Origin: an uncultured Bacillota bacterium
GTDB taxonomy: Bacteria > Bacillota_I > Bacilli_A > RF39 > UBA660
Length of the DNA stretch: 64,000 nucleotides
Direction: 5' to 3'
Assembly: GCA_958428295.1 (NCBI GenBank)
Contig: CAUAFL010000004.1
Location: 9,892 to 73,891 of the forward strand
Part shown: one piece after another, positions 1-9,849 of the stretch
Numbering within the stretch: position 1 is the stretch's first letter
Layout: each line of letters starts with the position of its first letter
Notes under the pieces: model-generated
What the model was told of the DNA's origin: nothing
The model's input: the letters and a program-made list of their open reading frames with translations, nothing else
Databases searched by the model: none
Program-made: the position numbers and the translations under genes

Positions 1-536
1 TCCCCATCATCAATTTCAACTATTTCGTTAACATCTTTTTCCATATGTGCGCCAATATTCCCTAAAGAACGTAATGAGTCTATTGCTTTCCACTGTGCTG
101 GAGATACTTTGTTTTGAATGGCATTTATTTCATCAAACAATATCCCAGGTTTAACTTGCCAAAAGTCTCTAATCATTCCTTGTAAACATCTTCGGCTTAA
201 CGTTGCTGATGCCTTGGGACTTAAAGATAAGATTGAATATGCTTCCTGATAATCCTCTTTAATTGCTTTTGGAATATAGTCAGGAAACTGTTTTGCTAGT
301 GATGTTGGATATAGCGGTATTTTTATTCCAGAAAGATTGCCCAATCCTTCCGCTATAAAACTAACTTGCATACACGATGGACAATGACGCATGTATATAT
401 TAAAAATACTATTCCATTCAGGACTATTGAGGTCGGATACATGTCCATTAGCAAACCTACATTGTTCTTTTCTTTCAGTATCATATGTAACTGCTACTGA
501 TGAACCACAAAACGGACATATATAATTTTGTTTCAT
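1..536 (-). CDS. DUF4145-like protein with N-terminal zinc ribbon (partial, continues past position 1)
   Basis: Absent from the ORF track because it is open at the window edge. Own translation from ATG at 536: MKQNYICPFCGSS...HCPSCMQ (two CxxC), then PDYIPKAIKEDYQEA and LRSLGNIGAHMEKD, which I associate with DUF4145. SD AAGGTGGTGA lies 5 nt upstream. Confidence 0.6.
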   Translation of the reverse strand, partial: MKQNYICPFCGSSVAVTYDTERKEQCRFANGHVSDLNSPEWNSIFNIYMRHCPSCMQVSFIAEGLGNLSGIKIPLYPTSLAKQFPDYIPKAIKEDYQEAYSILSLSPKASATLSRRCLQGMIRDFWQVKPGILFDEINAIQNKVSPAQWKAIDSLRSLGNIGAHMEKDVNEIVEIDDG

Positions 537-556
537 CTAAATCACCACCTTCTAAA

Positions 557-817
557 TTACTTATCCAAACCCAACAGATAATCTTCTTTCACATTGTAAA
601 GCTCTGCCATCTTTTTAACAAACTTATCGGCTGGAAGTGCTAAACTATCTTCCCAAGCTTGTATAGTTTCTTCTTTTGTTTCCAACTCTTTTGCGAGCTG
701 TTCAATCGTATATCTATTTTTCTTTCTTTCGTCTCTCAAACGCATGCCAATATCGACATTGGTATATGTGTTTAGGTTTGATGTGGTACCAAATACACCT
801 TTTCTAACAGTTCTCAT
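557..817 (-). CDS. XRE-family helix-turn-helix transcriptional regulator
   Basis: RLRDERKKNRYTIEQLAKELETKEETIQAWE is a typical HTH_3 pattern. GGGAGG SD precedes the ATG at 817. Sits 20 nt upstream of the DUF4145 gene on the same strand. Confidence 0.75.
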   Translation of the reverse strand: MRTVRKGVFGTTSNLNTYTNVDIGMRLRDERKKNRYTIEQLAKELETKEETIQAWEDSLALPADKFVKKMAELYNVKEDYLLGLDK

Positions 818-886
818 CACAAACCTCCCTCGGTTTCATTGCTTTATTACTCTAATTATACTATAATAGAGCTCAAAAATAAATAC

Positions 887-2353
887 TTTAGGGATTAGAG
901 GGTGATTTTATGATTAAAGTGTGTAAGGAAAATAAAAAGGGATTAACGCAGAAAATTATGTCTGATAATTTTGACTTTGTAGCTATGAGCCAATCCAATT
1001 TAGTAGATGATATTATTTTATCCATGCATCAAAATAAAATATTGGAGTGTTTAACAAAAGCTATGCCTGATAAACGAGCTCATAATACAACCATTCCATT
1101 TGATTTAGTCCTTGCTCTTTCGGTTGCTGCAAAAATGAAAACGAAAACCAGTTTATCAGATATTCCATATGCGATTACTGACCATCGTGTTCTTTCAGAG
1201 TTAGGATATAACATTATTGATACGGATAAAAATTTAAAGACAGGTATGATGCGTGAAAGCAGTCTTCGTTTTCTTTTTGGAAAGTATGAAGCGGATGAAC
1301 TATTTAAAATATATGATAAGGCGGTTCAAAATTATATTATGCCAAAACTGGATATTGTACCAAATATCCATATTTTAGATTGTACTGAAATTTCCGTAAA
1401 TACGAAAAATGATAACTATGAAAAGGCTGCTTATACTACCAACAAATATGGAGATGTTGATAGAGGTTATAAGCTTGCAACTATTCGCGGATTAGTAGAT
1501 GATACAGGTATTATTGAAGAAATCCGTTTTGATGCTATGAACGTTCATGATTTAAAATTAAGTGAAGAAATGCTAAGAACAACTGAAGTGTTTAAGCCTG
1601 GAGATATTCTAATTGAAGATAGAGGATTTCTTGATAGGGACTTAATCAATTACTTAAAAAGTAAAAGAAAAGTTGATACCTATGTACCGTTAAGAAGTAA
1701 TATGAATGCCTATCAAATTGCAATCCAAATTGCTCAAGAAGACAACAAATGGGAGCCACATCCTAGTCGTGAAAATCAAAAAATTTCTTTTGTACCTAAT
1801 CTTAAAAACTATTGGTGGTCTGATAGAATAAAGTCACGTAAAAAATATAATGACAATGAAGATGTTGAAATTAATGCTTGCGTTGTGTGGGATACTGAAA
1901 CAGACAATTACTTCGTGTTTTGTACTACCGATACTACGGTAAGTGCAAAACAAATTATCCTGACTTATGAACTTAGACCTGAGATTGAAGAAGATTACCG
2001 TCAATTAAAAGACTTCTGGTTACTAGAAGATTTTCATAGTACAAAATTGAATATGATTGCTTTACATACGATTATGGTCTTATTTGGATACTTATTTTTT
2101 CAACTATATACTCTAATGCCCGAAGGAGAACAATATTCTCATAGATCTCTTCCTGTTATTTTAAAGAATTATCAACCAACTGCTATGCCTTATTTAGTCT
2201 TTTATTCCGATGATGAATTTGGAATATTTAGTATAGCCGAGATAATAGAACTGCATCCGTCATGTAGTACAGAAGCCCAAAAGCGTTTATTGCAGGTTTT
2301 GAAATGACGTAAAAAAAGAGAATATAAGAGACAAATTCTTAATATTCCCTAAA
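887..2353 (+). mobile_element. IS4-like insertion sequence (ends approximate)
   Basis: Single DDE transposase ORF flanked by an imperfect inverted repeat: tttagggatta at 887-897 and tattccctaaa at 2343-2353 (10 of 11 complementary). No target-site duplication was verified. Confidence 0.45.
910..2307 (+). CDS. DDE transposase, IS4-like family
   Basis: 465 aa. ILIEDRGFLD (second D region) and YELRPEIEEDYRQLK match the Y-x2-R-x3-E-x6-K signature of IS4-type transposases. Confidence 0.75.
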   Translation: MIKVCKENKKGLTQKIMSDNFDFVAMSQSNLVDDIILSMHQNKILECLTKAMPDKRAHNTTIPFDLVLALSVAAKMKTKTSLSDIPYAITDHRVLSELGYNIIDTDKNLKTGMMRESSLRFLFGKYEADELFKIYDKAVQNYIMPKLDIVPNIHILDCTEISVNTKNDNYEKAAYTTNKYGDVDRGYKLATIRGLVDDTGIIEEIRFDAMNVHDLKLSEEMLRTTEVFKPGDILIEDRGFLDRDLINYLKSKRKVDTYVPLRSNMNAYQIAIQIAQEDNKWEPHPSRENQKISFVPNLKNYWWSDRIKSRKKYNDNEDVEINACVVWDTETDNYFVFCTTDTTVSAKQIILTYELRPEIEEDYRQLKDFWLLEDFHSTKLNMIALHTIMVLFGYLFFQLYTLMPEGEQYSHRSLPVILKNYQPTAMPYLVFYSDDEFGIFSIAEIIELHPSCSTEAQKRLLQVLK

Positions 2354-2382
2354 TCTGATTATAACTTTCTAATTATTTTCAT

Positions 2383-2889
2383 TTATTTTAACTCAAAAAT
2401 ATTGCCAGTAATTGATGTAATAAGAATTTTTTCATCATTAACTAAAAATTCATTTTCTTGTGGTTTATAATCGTAAAATCTTGATATAGTGGGATTTTCT
2501 GGTTGCCACATTGAGCAAGTGCCAGAAGTAATATTTTTTGGATATTCTGCTTCCCCATTAAGTTTAAGAGATATTTCAAAATATTCTTTATTTCCTGCCC
2601 AACATAAACTTCCTAATATAACTTTCCCTTTTATAACAACATTTTCTGCTTTTATTTCTTTTTTAGGCGACACTACCACTTTTAAATTAGCATAACCTTC
2701 GTAACTCTTAAGTCCTATTGAAGACTTTAATTTGGAATTAAAATCACTTAACTGAGCATCTACTGTGAAATATGTTTCAAAATTGTCTTTTGCTAATTCA
2801 ATTTTGACTGGTTCTTCTACTTTATTACCACATCCTGTTATTGAAAATAACACCAACGTCACTAATAAAAAACTTAATATCTTCCTCAT
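2383..2889 (-). CDS. Lipoprotein of unknown function
   Basis: Start moved to MRKILSFLLVTLVLFSITGCGNK, a signal peptide plus lipobox L-x-x-C. GGGAG SD upstream of the ATG at 2889. Confidence 0.65.
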   Translation of the reverse strand: MRKILSFLLVTLVLFSITGCGNKVEEPVKIELAKDNFETYFTVDAQLSDFNSKLKSSIGLKSYEGYANLKVVVSPKKEIKAENVVIKGKVILGSLCWAGNKEYFEISLKLNGEAEYPKNITSGTCSMWQPENPTISRFYDYKPQENEFLVNDEKILITSITGNIFELK

Positions 2890-3008
2890 TCGTTTAACTC
2901 CCTTCGTTAACACCATTATACTATAATTTTTGCATAATTGTAACACAATTTGTGTAACTTACAAAAAGTACTACAATTTATTACAATTTTTATAGAAAGG
3001 GTGATACT

Positions 3009-3197
3009 ATGAAAGAGTTTAAATTACCTAATATGGACGAAGAAAAATCAGTTTTAAAAACAATACGCTTAAAATTAACTACTCTTCAAAAAGTAGAAGA
3101 GTTATCAAAAGAGACTAATATCTCGGTTAATAGATTGATAAATGAATGCATTGAGTTTGCGTTAGAAAATTTAAACAAGAAAGACTTAAAAAAATAG
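3009..3197 (+). CDS. Small ribbon-helix-helix (CopG/Arc-like) DNA-binding protein
   Basis: 62 aa. KTIRLKLTTLQKVEELSKETNISVNRLINECIEFAL fits the beta-strand/helix/helix layout of RHH proteins. GAAAGGGTGA SD. Confidence 0.5.
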   Translation: MKEFKLPNMDEEKSVLKTIRLKLTTLQKVEELSKETNISVNRLINECIEFALENLNKKDLKK

Positions 3198-3210
3198 GCC
3201 TTTGTTTTAT

Positions 3211-3663
3211 TTAAGCAATACGTTTCCAAACATAAATGGCTAAGTATGGTGGCATATTATTATGCGGTTTATCCCCACCTGTTGAACGAATTATTTCACC
3301 CTCATCAACTTCAAATGAAGTGTTCCAACCAGCTGTTGGATGGGCTCCATAAATTTTACCATGATTATTTTCAGTGGAAGAAGAAAGCGGTGCACCAAAA
3401 TTAAGTCTATATCTATGAGTGTGGTATGGCATTTCGCTAACAGTTAAAGTATGTGATGCTTCACCACCAATTTCATTGTTTTTATACGAACTACCACACG
3501 CAAGTAAAAATCTATCTTTTATTTGTTCCCATTTACCCCCAAATAATTTACTTGGATTTGTACTATCTACTGATAAATAGATTGCTCCTATTGGATATGG
3601 ATTTGTAGACATTAATTGGACTCCGTTTTTAGTTTTTAAATAACCACTTTGAATATTAGCCAT
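3211..3663 (-). CDS. Phage tail-collar / MdpB-like domain protein
   Basis: YPIGAIYLSV...LFGGKWEQI...GGEASHTLTVSEMPYHTH...GGDKPHNNMPPY is the motif series of phage tail-collar fibre proteins. Confidence 0.7.
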   Translation of the reverse strand: MANIQSGYLKTKNGVQLMSTNPYPIGAIYLSVDSTNPSKLFGGKWEQIKDRFLLACGSSYKNNEIGGEASHTLTVSEMPYHTHRYRLNFGAPLSSSTENNHGKIYGAHPTAGWNTSFEVDEGEIIRSTGGDKPHNNMPPYLAIYVWKRIA

Positions 3664-4016
3664 TTAGATGACCTCCAATTTTTGGAAGTCCTTTTTTATT
3701 GTGCGAGGTACCCCCCCCTAAATGATAATTTTCATATTTTTGCATAATTAAAATCTCCTTCTTTCCATTAGTTATGTTCTGGGTGGTATAAGACGACCAT
3801 CGGCGTCAGTTCTGGATTTTAACGTCCACCAGTATGGATTATCACCAAACACTCTAGCGATAACAGCATTATCTATCGTAAATGTGATAAAAGAAAAAAG
3901 ACAGAGAAAATTTCGTCGTCCTCTTTCATAAATAATATTTTTGCATAAAAAAAGGAAACCCCCGTATCCGTAAGGCTTAAAACAGACTGGGATTTCAAAT
4001 CTTTTATTTCTTCAAT

Positions 4017-4619
4017 TTACTTTGCATCGTTATACATATTTTTTTCTTTTTGGATTTGTAACAAATAACTATATATCTCTTTAATCACACTATCATCTTC
4101 TTTTTCATCCCAATAATATCCTGGTTTTAGAAAATCATTAACTTCAGAAATAACTAAATCTATATTATTTATATTCACTTTGTCTTCAATAATTTTTAAG
4201 GCTGTATTTCTATATCCTCTAACTGCGCAACCAGCTAATGATTTATAAAATGATTTTTCTGGCAAATTTGCTTTTTTATAAAATTCCATAGCCATATCAT
4301 CAGTCATAGGTCGAATATTTGTAATTATTATTTTATTAGCTCTAAAGACCCCATGTGGGCATGATTCGCTCGGACAATCTATTACTTCAGCATCTTCAGG
4401 AATGATTACATCACATATTGTATCTCCACGAACTAAATATCTTAATATTTTATTTTCCACCGAAAAATTAAAGCCACCCATCTCCTTAGGTTCAGTTTCT
4501 GATGGGTTCCAATTATTAGAAACATTTACTACATTTTCTTTATACTCAAACCCGTTTGCACCTGAAATAGTCCCAAACATTACTTTAACAAATTTTTGCT
4601 TTCTATCAACTTCCATCAT
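4017..4619 (-). CDS. Hypothetical protein
   Basis: 200 aa ORF with no family I can name. Confidence 0.4.
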   Translation of the reverse strand: MMEVDRKQKFVKVMFGTISGANGFEYKENVVNVSNNWNPSETEPKEMGGFNFSVENKILRYLVRGDTICDVIIPEDAEVIDCPSESCPHGVFRANKIIITNIRPMTDDMAMEFYKKANLPEKSFYKSLAGCAVRGYRNTALKIIEDKVNINNIDLVISEVNDFLKPGYYWDEKEDDSVIKEIYSYLLQIQKEKNMYNDAK

Positions 4620-4767
4620 TCCACAAAATCATTCTTCCTCTCTTTTTATAATATTTTAACACAATATTAGGAAAATAGTTCTACTTTGCGAATTGAAGTA
4701 TAATACCTTCTATTTATTAGCTATTTTAGCAATAAACGGTAGAAAAATCATTGGCAATCTAACTGTA

Positions 4768-5526
4768 TTAACTTTTAGCAGGTGGTTTTATTGATTTTCG
4801 TAATACAAAATCACTTTGTCTTTCTCCCTTTTTATCTATTAGAAAATTTTCTTTCATCCAATGAGGAATATTTTCAACTTCTTTTCTAGGATATATTTCA
4901 CTTACGGTTAGATCATCCTTCAATAATTGATGCCTTGGCTCCTTGCAAGTGATATATGTTTTTGGATCATTCCCCTGCATTACTCTATCATGTAAATCCC
5001 TTACAGCATAAACCATAGCATCTAATAATGAAACCGCATCTGCAAAATAAATATCCCCATTCTCGTTGATATGGAAATCCAAGTTTAATATTGTTTGCCA
5101 TTGTTCCTCTGTCATTTTTTCTGAACTTATTTGCTCTAAATTATCTAAAATAGCAAATAAACTTTTACATTTTTCTTTTAGGATGGAAACATAAGTTTTA
5201 AAATATTGTAAGGAATAGGGTTCAAAACAATACCCTGAGACCACAACCATATCTTTTCCTTTTTCTTTATTTTCTTCTTCAAGTGGTTCCTTTAACTCTA
5301 GTTGCTCTTTGTTTATTTCATTAGTTAAAAAGGTTTTTATTTGTTCTGATGTAAGTGTAATATTAGCTGTTTTTATAAACTCCTTTATTTCTTCATAAGA
5401 CATAGATAATTTTAGTTCATCAACTAGGGCTGTACAAATAATATAAGGACGAATATAATATCCATTTTCACCATAAAGAGCATATCGTTCTTCTAAATTA
5501 ATATATTTTCTTATTTCTTCGGCCAT
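4768..5526 (-). CDS. Hypothetical protein
   Basis: 252 aa ORF with no recognisable motif. Confidence 0.4.
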   Translation of the reverse strand: MAEEIRKYINLEERYALYGENGYYIRPYIICTALVDELKLSMSYEEIKEFIKTANITLTSEQIKTFLTNEINKEQLELKEPLEEENKEKGKDMVVVSGYCFEPYSLQYFKTYVSILKEKCKSLFAILDNLEQISSEKMTEEQWQTILNLDFHINENGDIYFADAVSLLDAMVYAVRDLHDRVMQGNDPKTYITCKEPRHQLLKDDLTVSEIYPRKEVENIPHWMKENFLIDKKGERQSDFVLRKSIKPPAKS

Positions 5527-5654
5527 TTCTTCATCTCCTATTAAAATAATAACACTTTCTAGAAATTCACGGTTTGTAAAGTAGAAGTAGCAACGAGCTT
5601 TTGTAACTACCCTTGCATAGCTGAGCTCAAATTCTTATATTATCTTATGATTCG

Positions 5655-6182
5655 CTAGGTAAATTTGGGATGATTACTTTTCCACTGAAATAAAATACCG
5701 CCTACACCTAGTAAAATTGTCGCTCCTATCAGTAATGAAGTATTCATAATATGAAAATAACTTAACAGTAAATTGCTTATTCCATAGGCCCCACTAATAC
5801 TCGTCGCTATGATCCACATTGGCTTATAAAATTTTACTCCTAGATAGCCAATTAATAAACTGACAAGTATGTACAATAATAAATTGTACCACTCTAGGGG
5901 AACCATTTGCAGCATTATGAGTAAGTAGCAGCTACTAACAAAGTAAACAAGAAAAAGACAAATCATCTGAAAACGAAAACTACAAGCAGCACATACTAAG
6001 CCCAGTGCAAAAGCAAATATCATTAAAATGGGACCACTAGCAATACTTTCAAATATATGTTGTCCTAAAGAATAGCCAAGTAAAAACCAGGTAATTGCAA
6101 GAACTAATTGTTGTAGTTTCAATCCAAAGAAGCAGCTAAAAAGAGGGGGAATGGCCTTTAAGGTCAAAAATAAAAATTCCAT
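5655..6182 (-). CDS. Polytopic membrane protein
   Basis: 175 aa, almost entirely hydrophobic segments (about 6 predicted TM helices by eye). Confidence 0.5.
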   Translation of the reverse strand: MEFLFLTLKAIPPLFSCFFGLKLQQLVLAITWFLLGYSLGQHIFESIASGPILMIFAFALGLVCAACSFRFQMICLFLVYFVSSCYLLIMLQMVPLEWYNLLLYILVSLLIGYLGVKFYKPMWIIATSISGAYGISNLLLSYFHIMNTSLLIGATILLGVGGILFQWKSNHPKFT

Positions 6183-6189
6183 ATGTTTC

Positions 6190-6891
6190 CTACTTTCTTT
6201 TGTTCCGACTAGCCTTTATAAAGGCGCTCATAATCTTTTGAGCATAACAGTCATATGCTAGCATGCGTTCTGGATGCCACTGTACCCCTAAAGCAAAGGG
6301 GTAGTTTTCTATTTCAACAGCCTCAATGATGCCGTCGGGACTTTTGGCACTCACTTTTAAACCGGTTGGCGTCGTTACTTGTTGCCGATGTAAACTATTG
6401 ACTTCTATTTCTTCTTGCCCAACAATTCGGTATAGCAAACTATCTTTTTCAATATGCACTTGATGGGCATATTTTTCTAGACAATCTGTGGTATGCTTAG
6501 AAGGATTGGCAACTGGTTCTAATAATATTGATTCATTCTGATAATTTGCCAATATCTGCATTCCTAGACAAATACCTAAAATTGGAATATTTCTTTTTAA
6601 GGCTTCTTGCAATATAAAAAAATCATAGGGACTGATTTTGTCTCCTCCAGGAATTAACAATCCGTCACATTGATCGAGCCAGTAACTAGCACGTTCTTGT
6701 TCTTGCCTAGTTACTGGTGGGTAATCTTTTCGTTTCGTAGTAAAATAGTTAATTTGCTGGACAGGGCACAGTAGCAATGGCTCTCCACCCATCGCAATGA
6801 TGGCACATCTTAAATTATCGAAGATATACTCTAAAGAAGTACCACGCTCGTTTTGTCCATAGCGGATCAATACACCAATGATAGGCCCCAT
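6190..6891 (-). CDS. Class I glutamine amidotransferase, peptidase C26 (gamma-glutamyl-GABA hydrolase-like)
   Basis: GICLGMQ nucleophile elbow and VQWHPE histidine motif. Confidence 0.8.
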   Translation of the reverse strand: MGPIIGVLIRYGQNERGTSLEYIFDNLRCAIIAMGGEPLLLCPVQQINYFTTKRKDYPPVTRQEQERASYWLDQCDGLLIPGGDKISPYDFFILQEALKRNIPILGICLGMQILANYQNESILLEPVANPSKHTTDCLEKYAHQVHIEKDSLLYRIVGQEEIEVNSLHRQQVTTPTGLKVSAKSPDGIIEAVEIENYPFALGVQWHPERMLAYDCYAQKIMSAFIKASRNKRK

Positions 6892-8273
6892 TAAAAAGAG
6901 GTTTCCTTTTTAATATAGTCTATTACGTCTTCTAAGGGAATCGTAATTTGTTCCATCGTATCCCGCTTTCTAATTGTTACGGTTTCTTTTTCAAGGGTAT
7001 CATTATCAACTGTTAAACAAAACGGTGTACCAATGGCATCCTGGCGGCGATAACGCTTGCCAATTGATCCTGCTTCATCATAAGAAACTGAAAACTGTTT
7101 TGCTAATTCTTGATAGAGGGCTTGCGCTTTATCTTGATGATATTTTTTAACTAGCGGTAAGATTGCTAATTTATAAGGCGCAAGATAGGGATGAAGTTTT
7201 AATACTTCACGGGTTTGATTATCTTTTAATACTTCCTCCTGATAAGCATCACAAAGAATGGTTAAAAAGGTTCTCTCTACCCCCACACTTGGCTCAATTA
7301 CATAAGGAATATATTTTTCGTTTGTTTCAGGATCTAAATAAGCTTGACTCACTTTAGAAACTTCTTGGTGTTTGGTCAAATCATAATCCGTTCTAGAAGC
7401 AATTCCCCATAATTCTCCCCACCCAAAAGGAAAATGATATTCAATATCCGTAGTAGCATTACTATAAAAGGATAGTTCTTCCTGAGAATGATCACGAAGA
7501 CGTAATTGCTCTTTTTTGACACCTAAATCCAATAAAAACTGATAGCAATATTCCTTGTAATATTTATGCCAGTTTAACTCCGTACCTGGTTTGCAGAAAA
7601 ATTCTAATTCCATTTGCTCAAACTCACGAACACGGAAAATAAAGTTACCTGGTGTGATTTCATTACGAAAGCTTTTACCAATTTGACCAATGCCAAAAGG
7701 AACTTTTAAGCGCATACTACGCTGTACATTTAAATAATCAACAAAAATACCTTGGGCAGTTTCAGGTCGTAAATAAATGGTGTTTTTAGCATCTTCTGTA
7801 ACGCCTTGAAAGGTTTTGAACATTAAATTGAATTCTCTAATATCTGTATAATCAAGAGCGCCACAATTAGGACATGTTATGTGATGTTTTTCAATATAGG
7901 CCATTAATTGTTGATGATTCATTCCCCCTGCATCCTCAACACCTGATAATTCTACTAATTTATCAGCACGATGTCTAGTTTTACACTTTTTACAATCAAT
8001 CAAAGGATCAGAAAAAGTTTCCAAATGACCACTTGCTTCCCAAGTCTTAGGATTCATTAAAATTGCTGTATCTAGACCGACATTGTAAGGATTTTCTTGA
8101 ATGAATTTTTTAAACCATGCTTGTTTAATATTGTTTTTTAAAAGAACCCCTAGTGGACCAAAATCCCAAGTGTTTGCAAGTCCTCCATAAATTTCACTTC
8201 CCTGAAAAATAAAGCCATATTGTTTACAAAAGGCCACCAATTTTTCCATTGTTACAGTTTCCATATTTTTCAC
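6891..8273 (-). CDS. glyQS: Glycine--tRNA ligase (alpha2 type)
   Basis: 460 aa. [31 protein letters not shown] and EPSVGVERT are class II GlyRS signatures. Confidence 0.95.
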   Translation of the reverse strand: MKNMETVTMEKLVAFCKQYGFIFQGSEIYGGLANTWDFGPLGVLLKNNIKQAWFKKFIQENPYNVGLDTAILMNPKTWEASGHLETFSDPLIDCKKCKTRHRADKLVELSGVEDAGGMNHQQLMAYIEKHHITCPNCGALDYTDIREFNLMFKTFQGVTEDAKNTIYLRPETAQGIFVDYLNVQRSMRLKVPFGIGQIGKSFRNEITPGNFIFRVREFEQMELEFFCKPGTELNWHKYYKEYCYQFLLDLGVKKEQLRLRDHSQEELSFYSNATTDIEYHFPFGWGELWGIASRTDYDLTKHQEVSKVSQAYLDPETNEKYIPYVIEPSVGVERTFLTILCDAYQEEVLKDNQTREVLKLHPYLAPYKLAILPLVKKYHQDKAQALYQELAKQFSVSYDEAGSIGKRYRRQDAIGTPFCLTVDNDTLEKETVTIRKRDTMEQITIPLEDVIDYIKKETSF

Positions 8274-8824
8274 TCCTTTTTGGTAATTAAAAATTGTTCT
8301 ACCTCTTTGGGGGTAGTTACGACGGTAAAGTAGTCAGTAAGTTTTTTAACAGTAATAAAACCTTTTTTTGTTTTTTGGTCTAAATCTTGTAATATTTGAT
8401 CATAGCTATGATCTTGGTTATAAAGAAGGATTGGTTTCCTAGAGTTGAGCTCAACTTTTTGATCCAACATACCATAGAATTCGGCAGCCGTTCCTAGACC
8501 ACCTGCTAAAAATAATAAAACATCCCCTTGTTCATATAATACTTTCGTTCTTTCTAGTGGCGTAGTTACCGCAATTCTATGAGTAGCATCATTGGTAATT
8601 AATTCTTTGCTGTCTTTTAGGCCAACAATCGTTAACGCCACTTTTTTAGCAATGAGTTGTTGTTTAATAAGCCCCATAAGACCAGTTTCTGAAGTGGCCA
8701 TAATCACTTGAAAAGAACTTATTTCACTATTTAAAAGTTGGGTGATAAATTCTTGGGTAATAGTCTTAGTGAGTGAAGATACTTGTTGGCTACTACTAGT
8801 TAAAATTGCTAATGTTTTGGACAT
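8270..8824 (-). CDS. LOG-family (TIGR00730-type) Rossmann protein
   Basis: [13 protein letters not shown] corresponds to the PGGxGTxxE motif. Its stop overlaps the glyQS start. Confidence 0.65.
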   Translation of the reverse strand: MSKTLAILTSSSQQVSSLTKTITQEFITQLLNSEISSFQVIMATSETGLMGLIKQQLIAKKVALTIVGLKDSKELITNDATHRIAVTTPLERTKVLYEQGDVLLFLAGGLGTAAEFYGMLDQKVELNSRKPILLYNQDHSYDQILQDLDQKTKKGFITVKKLTDYFTVVTTPKEVEQFLITKKE

Positions 8825-8847
8825 AGTATTTCCTCTTTTCTGTTTTT

Positions 8848-8876
8848 ATTATACTGTCTTTTCTGCTATTTGCCAA
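8848..8876 (-). promoter_or_regulatory. Sigma-A type promoter for the LOG-glyQS-amidotransferase operon
   Basis: Minus strand reads TTGGCA, 17 nt, TATAAT. It lies about 30 nt upstream of the LOG start codon. Confidence 0.6.
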
Positions 8877-8893
8877 CTATTCCCAACTATATT

Positions 8894-9841
8894 CTAAGAA
8901 AATATTTTTGGTAAAAAGATAAACAACCCAACTATTACGGAAAAAAAGGCCATGACTAATACCGCTCCCGCTGCGGCATCTTTCGCACGTTTTGCCTGTT
9001 CTTTTTTTTCTTTGGTTACTAAATCAACTACATTTTCTAAGGCTGTATTAACTAGTTCCAAGGAAATAACAGCACCAAATACAATAAAACAACTAATCCA
9101 CTCTTTTATCTGGATTTCAAAATAGCAGCCCGCAACGATTACTAATAACATAATAATTAAATGAATTACCATGTTACGCTCCCGTCTTATTGTTTCTTTA
9201 ATCCCGGTAAAGGCATAGCTGAGACTTTTATGAAAAGGAGCTTCTTTTTGTGATGGACTAAGATCTTTTTCATAAAGATAGATCAAAAGATACAAACATA
9301 AAGAGCCAAGTAACAGTCCTCCAATAATATCTGAGAGGTAATGAACCCCAATGATAATTCGGCTAAAAGCAATCAATGCAATAAATATAGTTAAGCAAAG
9401 AATAATATTTTTTTTATCGTTTGGCTTTTGTGTACTTTTGGATAATAGATAGATAAGAAAACCATAAAAAGTGGTAGCAGCAAAGGCATGACCAGAAGGA
9501 AAACTATAACTATCTAGTAATAACTGCCCAATCAATGGCCGTTCAATAGTAAAGATATTTTTGGAAATGATAATGAATAATCCACTAATTAATAGGTCTA
9601 TTACTAAGTAAAGTCGCATTTTATTGTTCGACAAGAAAAAGAGCATGAGAATAGTCACGCTAATTAACCCCTGAAAAGAGGCAAAAAATGAAAAAAAGTA
9701 TCCTAGGGAATGTAAAACCGGATGGCTATCAGTAGTAAAGTACTGATAGAGAAAGGTATCTAAAGTTGTGGTAAAACCAAAACAGACAGCAACAGCTAGT
9801 AATAGAAAAGTGCCACTTAAAAATAGAATTTTCTTTTTCAT
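8894..9841 (-). CDS. Fusion protein: PAP2 phosphatase domain plus DgkA-type (diacylglycerol/undecaprenol) kinase domain
   Basis: N-terminal half has KNIFTIERP, FPSGHA and SRIIIGVHYLSD (PAP2 motifs). C-terminal half has ELVNTALENVVDLV and AKDAAAGAVL (DgkA motifs). Confidence 0.8.
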   Translation of the reverse strand: MKKKILFLSGTFLLLAVAVCFGFTTTLDTFLYQYFTTDSHPVLHSLGYFFSFFASFQGLISVTILMLFFLSNNKMRLYLVIDLLISGLFIIISKNIFTIERPLIGQLLLDSYSFPSGHAFAATTFYGFLIYLLSKSTQKPNDKKNIILCLTIFIALIAFSRIIIGVHYLSDIIGGLLLGSLCLYLLIYLYEKDLSPSQKEAPFHKSLSYAFTGIKETIRRERNMVIHLIIMLLVIVAGCYFEIQIKEWISCFIVFGAVISLELVNTALENVVDLVTKEKKEQAKRAKDAAAGAVLVMAFFSVIVGLFIFLPKIFS

Positions 9842-9849
9842 TTTCTCCC

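Noticed and set aside
2900-5600. Possible intact prophage
   Set aside because: Only a single tail-collar gene and fragments are present. There is no portal, terminase, capsid or integrase, so this is a remnant.
8825-8893. Expected glyQS T-box leader
   Set aside because: I looked for the GGTGGTACCGCG core upstream of glyQS and of the LOG gene and found none. The gap is too short. This is reported as an observation, not a feature.
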